The position numbers and the translations under genes are program-made. The notes beneath the pieces are model-generated. The model ran no database searches, was not told the origin of the DNA, and worked only from the letters and a program-made list of their open reading frames with translations. This document shows positions 60,492-64,000 of a stretch of 64,000 bases of DNA, one piece after another. The DNA is taken from contig JBMNFW010000001.1 of the NCBI GenBank assembly GCA_050949525.1, forward strand, positions 271,890-335,889, read 5' to 3'. Within the stretch, counting starts at the first letter, position 1; each line of letters opens with the position of its first letter. This stretch comes from Patescibacteria group bacterium (GTDB taxonomy: Bacteria > Patescibacteriota > Patescibacteriia > Patescibacteriales > UBA12465).

Positions 60492-62204
60492 ATGGTTAGT
60501 CCTCATTTAGTTAAGAAAAAAGAGGGAAAATTTAATTTAAATGCCAGTGTTAAGAAATTATTCCAATTAATTTATATTAAACAGAATAAAAGTGATGATT
60601 CTAATGCTGAATCTAAAATAACGGTTTCCACGATGGTTTCTCGTTTAGCTTTTTTTTATGAAAAGATTAGAAATGCCGTCGATTATGAAGATGATCATTT
60701 ATTACGTAAGAACGCTATTAAACGTATTTTTAAACGTCAGGTAGTGATTGAGGGTTTAGTTAAAAGTGCTGAGAGTAAAGAAATGGCCATTCACTTATTA
60801 ACTGAGTTAATTCAGGCTGGATATTTAGAAAATAATACTATTCCAGAGAAAAAGATTTATGAAGTGGCTGAGATTTTAGAAAAATATGTTAAGTTACAAT
60901 ATTATTGTTTTAAAAAAGAAAATTTTTCTTTATATGAAGTATTTTTCAGAAAGAAGAAAAAGAAAAAACAGGATAAGAAAATTGAGAAGAAGCTTTCCAA
61001 TTGGATTATCGCTTTAGCTGCTGCCGAAATTGAAGAAAATTTTACTAAAGATGAAGTTGAGGATGAAATAGTTTCTGAAATGTTTGATATTTTAAAAACT
61101 AATATCAAACTTCCACGAGATTTACCTTTTGAGAAAGATTTAGATTTACAAATTTATTTGGGTATTGCTCGTAATTTTTTAAATTTTGATCAAGATTCTT
61201 TAAATTATACAATTTTTAAGTATTATAATAAGGATTGGGGAAGCTTAGAGCATAAAAAAAATGATGAAGAAATTGAAGCTTTGTCAAAAAAGATTGATGT
61301 TTTATATTTAACTATTGAAGAGCAGTTAAAACATCCTCTTAAAAAACAATTAGATAAGATTATTAAATCTTATTCCCTGTATTTTTCTATTTTAAGGGAA
61401 ATTATTGAGAATAATCCGTTGAAGGCTTATGATCAGGTTATTAATAATCATAAGTCTTTTATTAATTTAGTTAAAGAAACTTGTGAAAAAAGATATCGAC
61501 GGATTAAGAATAAGCTTTGGAAAGCTGGTCTTCGTAGTATTATTTATATTTTTTTAACTAAATCTATTTTTGTTTTTTTAATAGAAATTCCGGCGGTTAA
61601 ATGGTTTGGGGAAGAGATCAATATTTTTTCTTTAGCGATTAATATTGCTTTTCCAGCTTTCTTTCTTTTCATGATGATATTATTTACTTGGTCTCCAGCT
61701 CAAGAAAACACTAAAAAGATAGTAGCTGGGGTCGAGGAGGTAGTTTTTAGTGAAAAAAGAAGAAGTCATGCTATTTTACTAAGAAAGCCAGCTCGAAGAA
61801 GTTGGGTAATGGATTTAATTTTTAATCTCATCTATATTAGTGGTTTTTTTATTACCATTTATTTTACTATTAAGGCTTTAGACTTTATTGGTTTTAATTG
61901 GGTTAGTATTGTTATTTTTCTTTTCTTTTTAGCTTTTGCTAGTTTTTTTAGTTTTAGAATTAAACGAGATATTAAGAAGTTTATTATCATTGAACCTCGA
62001 GAAGGGGTAATTAGATCCTTGGTAGATTTTTTCTATACTCCGATTGTAGCGGCGGGAAAATTTTTATCTGATAATGCTTCCAAGATTAATGTTTTTGTTT
62101 TTATTTTAGACTTTATTATCGAAGCTCCATTTAAAGTTTTTGTTGAGATTTTTGATGATTGGTTGAAGTATATGAAGGAGAGAAAAGATGATTTAGTTAA
62201 TTAG
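60492..62204 (+). CDS. Large hypothetical membrane protein (soluble ~330-aa N-domain plus several C-terminal TM helices)
   Basis: 570-aa ORF with a hydrophobic C-terminal half (LRSIIYIFLTKSIFVFLIEIPAV, IFSLAINIAFPAFFLFMMILF and others). No assignable family. Confidence 0.55.
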   Translation: MVSPHLVKKKEGKFNLNASVKKLFQLIYIKQNKSDDSNAESKITVSTMVSRLAFFYEKIRNAVDYEDDHLLRKNAIKRIFKRQVVIEGLVKSAESKEMAIHLLTELIQAGYLENNTIPEKKIYEVAEILEKYVKLQYYCFKKENFSLYEVFFRKKKKKKQDKKIEKKLSNWIIALAAAEIEENFTKDEVEDEIVSEMFDILKTNIKLPRDLPFEKDLDLQIYLGIARNFLNFDQDSLNYTIFKYYNKDWGSLEHKKNDEEIEALSKKIDVLYLTIEEQLKHPLKKQLDKIIKSYSLYFSILREIIENNPLKAYDQVINNHKSFINLVKETCEKRYRRIKNKLWKAGLRSIIYIFLTKSIFVFLIEIPAVKWFGEEINIFSLAINIAFPAFFLFMMILFTWSPAQENTKKIVAGVEEVVFSEKRRSHAILLRKPARRSWVMDLIFNLIYISGFFITIYFTIKALDFIGFNWVSIVIFLFFLAFASFFSFRIKRDIKKFIIIEPREGVIRSLVDFFYTPIVAAGKFLSDNASKINVFVFILDFIIEAPFKVFVEIFDDWLKYMKERKDDLVN

Positions 62205-62212
62205 TTAATGTT

Positions 62213-62881
62213 ATGAATTTTTATGTGGTGGCCACTCCAATCGGTAATTTGGAAGATATTAGTCTGAGGGCTTTAAGAATTTTAAAAGAGGTTGATATTA
62301 TTTTAAGTGAAGATACTCGAGTTAGTGCTAAACTTTTGTCCCATTATCAGATTAAAAAGCCCTTAATCTCTTTTCATCAACATTCTAGTCAGAATAAATT
62401 TGAAAAGGTGTTAGATCTTTTAAAGAGCGGAAAATCTTTAGCTTTGATTAGTGATGCGGGTACTCCTAATATTTCAGATCCTGGGGGTCAAATCGTTTCA
62501 TATTTAAGGGAGAATTTAGTTGGGCTTAATATCGAAGCTATTCCTGGAGCTTCGGCTTTAACTACGGCTTTATCAATTTCGGGAATTAGGGCGGATAAGT
62601 TTTGTTTTTTTGGTTTTTTAGCTCATAAAAAAGGGCGACAGAAGCAATTAAAAGAGATTCTAGATAGTAAATACCCGGTTGTTTTTTATGAGTCAAAATA
62701 TCGGGTTGTAAAGTTATTAGAGGAGTTAATAGATCTTGATTTTAAGAAGAAAATAATGATCTTTCGGGAATTAACTAAAAAACATCAATCTTTTTATCAA
62801 GGTACACCAAAGTTGTTATTAGAACAGTTTAAAAGTGATGAAAAATCTCTTCAAGGAGAATTTACTATAATAATTTATTAA
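62213..62881 (+). CDS. rsmI: 16S rRNA (cytidine1402-2'-O)-methyltransferase RsmI
   Basis: FYVVATPIGNLEDISLRALRILKEVDIILSEDTR and SDAGTPNISDPG (tetrapyrrole-methylase fold). Confidence 0.88.
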   Translation: MNFYVVATPIGNLEDISLRALRILKEVDIILSEDTRVSAKLLSHYQIKKPLISFHQHSSQNKFEKVLDLLKSGKSLALISDAGTPNISDPGGQIVSYLRENLVGLNIEAIPGASALTTALSISGIRADKFCFFGFLAHKKGRQKQLKEILDSKYPVVFYESKYRVVKLLEELIDLDFKKKIMIFRELTKKHQSFYQGTPKLLLEQFKSDEKSLQGEFTIIIY

Positions 62882-62887
62882 AAATAT

Positions 62888-63403
62888 ATGCCTATTTTTG
62901 ATTTAATTTTAGTGTTATTTTTAGGAGCTTTTGTTTTTTATGGTTTTTATGTTGGTATCTTAAGAATGATACTGAATTTAATTTCTTCTTTGTTAGCAAT
63001 TATTATTTCAGTTAATATCTACCTTCAGGTTTATAATCTTATTCCATTTATTGGTTTTGGTTCAGAAAGCCTAGGTAAGATTTTATCTTTCATATTAGTT
63101 TTAGCTATTTTAGCTTATCTTTTAGGTTTTGTTTTTAAAATTATTGCTAAATTGTTAAAGATCATTAGCTCTCTTCCTATTATTTCTTCTTTTAATCGAA
63201 TTTTAGGGGGAATATTGGGTTTCTTGCAGGGTTTATTTATTTTAGGTATGATTATTTTTGTTATGTCTAGATATGCTATTACTAATGAATTTTTAAATAA
63301 TTTAGTTAGTAATTCTGATGTGGCGCCAGTGTTTATGAAAAGTATTAATTGGTTAAGCCCTTTAGTGCCACAAGCGTTACGACTTTTAGATTCAGTTATC
63401 TAA
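62888..63403 (+). CDS. cvpA: CvpA-family membrane protein
   Basis: 171 aa, about 4 TM. The N-terminal DLILVLFLGAFVFYGFYVGILRM and the SSFNRILGGILGFLQG motif are typical of CvpA. Confidence 0.6.
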   Translation: MPIFDLILVLFLGAFVFYGFYVGILRMILNLISSLLAIIISVNIYLQVYNLIPFIGFGSESLGKILSFILVLAILAYLLGFVFKIIAKLLKIISSLPIISSFNRILGGILGFLQGLFILGMIIFVMSRYAITNEFLNNLVSNSDVAPVFMKSINWLSPLVPQALRLLDSVI

Positions 63404-63407
63404 TTTT

Positions 63408-64000
63408 ATGAAAAAGGTTTATAAAATAATAGTTCGAGTTTTTTTATTTATTACTATCTTCTGGTTAGGAGCTTTTTTAGCAACTGAGAATCAGGTTGTT
63501 AAAAGAATGGCTGAAAAGGGAAATTTGCACATTGGTCGTTTAGCGGGAAAATATAGTCGTAGTCCAGAAGGTTGGGGGCAGAATATTGATTTTGGATTGT
63601 ATTGGGACTTATGGGATACTATTAAAGAGCTTTATGTTGATCAAGAATCTTTAAATGATAAGGAAATGTTTTATGGATCATTAAAAGGTTTAGTATCTTC
63701 TCTCGATGATCCTTATTCAGAATTTATGGATCCTTTAGAGAATCAAATTTTTCTAGACGAGGTTTCTGGGTCTTTTGAGGGAATTGGAGCTGAGGTCGGT
63801 ATTCGAGACAATCTCTTGACTGTTATTTCGCCGTTAGATGGTAATCCAGCGCAAAAAGCTGGGATTATGGCTGGAGATAGAATTATTGAAATTGATGGCG
63901 AATCAAGCCAAGGTATGACCTTAAATGAGGCAGTTAGTCGAATAAAGGGACCTAAGGGGAGTGAGGTAGTTTTAAATATTTTTCGAGATGGCTTTGAAGA
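63408..64000 (+). CDS. ctpA: Carboxy-terminal processing (S41) peptidase, N-terminal part (3' end lies outside the window)
   Basis: N-terminal anchor, then LDDPYSEFMDP, GSFEGIGAEV and PDZ motif PLDGNPAQKAGIMAGDRIIEIDG. The frame is open to the window edge. Confidence 0.85.
   Translation, partial: MKKVYKIIVRVFLFITIFWLGAFLATENQVVKRMAEKGNLHIGRLAGKYSRSPEGWGQNIDFGLYWDLWDTIKELYVDQESLNDKEMFYGSLKGLVSSLDDPYSEFMDPLENQIFLDEVSGSFEGIGAEVGIRDNLLTVISPLDGNPAQKAGIMAGDRIIEIDGESSQGMTLNEAVSRIKGPKGSEVVLNIFRDGFE

Noticed and set aside
1-64000. Alternative genetic code (UGA recoded, as in some candidate phyla)
   Set aside because: TGA terminates murC (5578-5580) and map (38616-38618) at the expected protein lengths. 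No conserved gene is broken by in-frame TGA.

Overview
The window is very AT-rich, gene-dense and almost entirely + strand. It looks like a reduced-genome bacterium of the Candidate Phyla Radiation (Patescibacteria) type. That placement is an inference from four observations: rpmD (L30) and adk are missing from the spc operon, several core proteins are short or rebuilt, Shine-Dalgarno motifs are essentially absent, and there are several type IV pilin-like genes. The standard genetic code applies, because TGA ends murC and map at the expected lengths.

Gene content in order:
- Cell-wall (dcw) genes mraY(partial)-ftsW-murG, then an NTase-like ORF on the opposite strand, then murC-murB.
- A short alaS and a pilin-FISUMP fusion gene.
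- A lipoprotein and a visibly GC-richer orphan ORF.
- infA-rpmJ-rpsM-rpsK-rpsD-rpoA-rplQ-rplM-rpsI.
- An accessory islet: Fic, a GT2 glycosyltransferase and an IS481-like element.
- rpsL-rpsG-fusA, then two more pilin-FISUMP genes and a YefM-like ORF, then tuf.
- The full S10/spc ribosomal block through secY.
- A small orphan transcription unit, then map-ruvX-recO-scpA-scpB-dac-dnaG-rpoD.
- tRNA-Asn with a second IS next to it.
- A secreted beta-propeller-like gene truncated by an internal fragment of the first IS.
- A Wzz-like gene and a GC-richer, frameshifted beta-barrel-like gene.
- rpmA (- strand).
- A five-gene operon: ferredoxin, a K/E-rich protein, a membrane-anchored TraD/VirD4-like ATPase, a 1065-aa anchored protein and uppP.
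- rplA-rplK-nusG-secE (- strand).
- A large membrane protein, rsmI, cvpA and a partial ctp.

Best candidates for something undescribed:
1. The ATPase plus giant-protein operon at 51.1-58.4 kb.
2. The three pilin-FISUMP fusions, two of which split the normally contiguous fusA-tuf pair.
3. The Fic locus, which has two tandem hairpin-capable repeats carrying compensatory arm substitutions over its promoter.
4. A ~150-nt unit with a strong promoter and terminator between secY and map.
5. A remodelled transcription apparatus: RpoA has no alpha-CTD, and sigma-70 has a histone-like basic N-terminus.

All calls rest on reading the sequence and ORF translations by eye. No database search, HMM or folding calculation was run.
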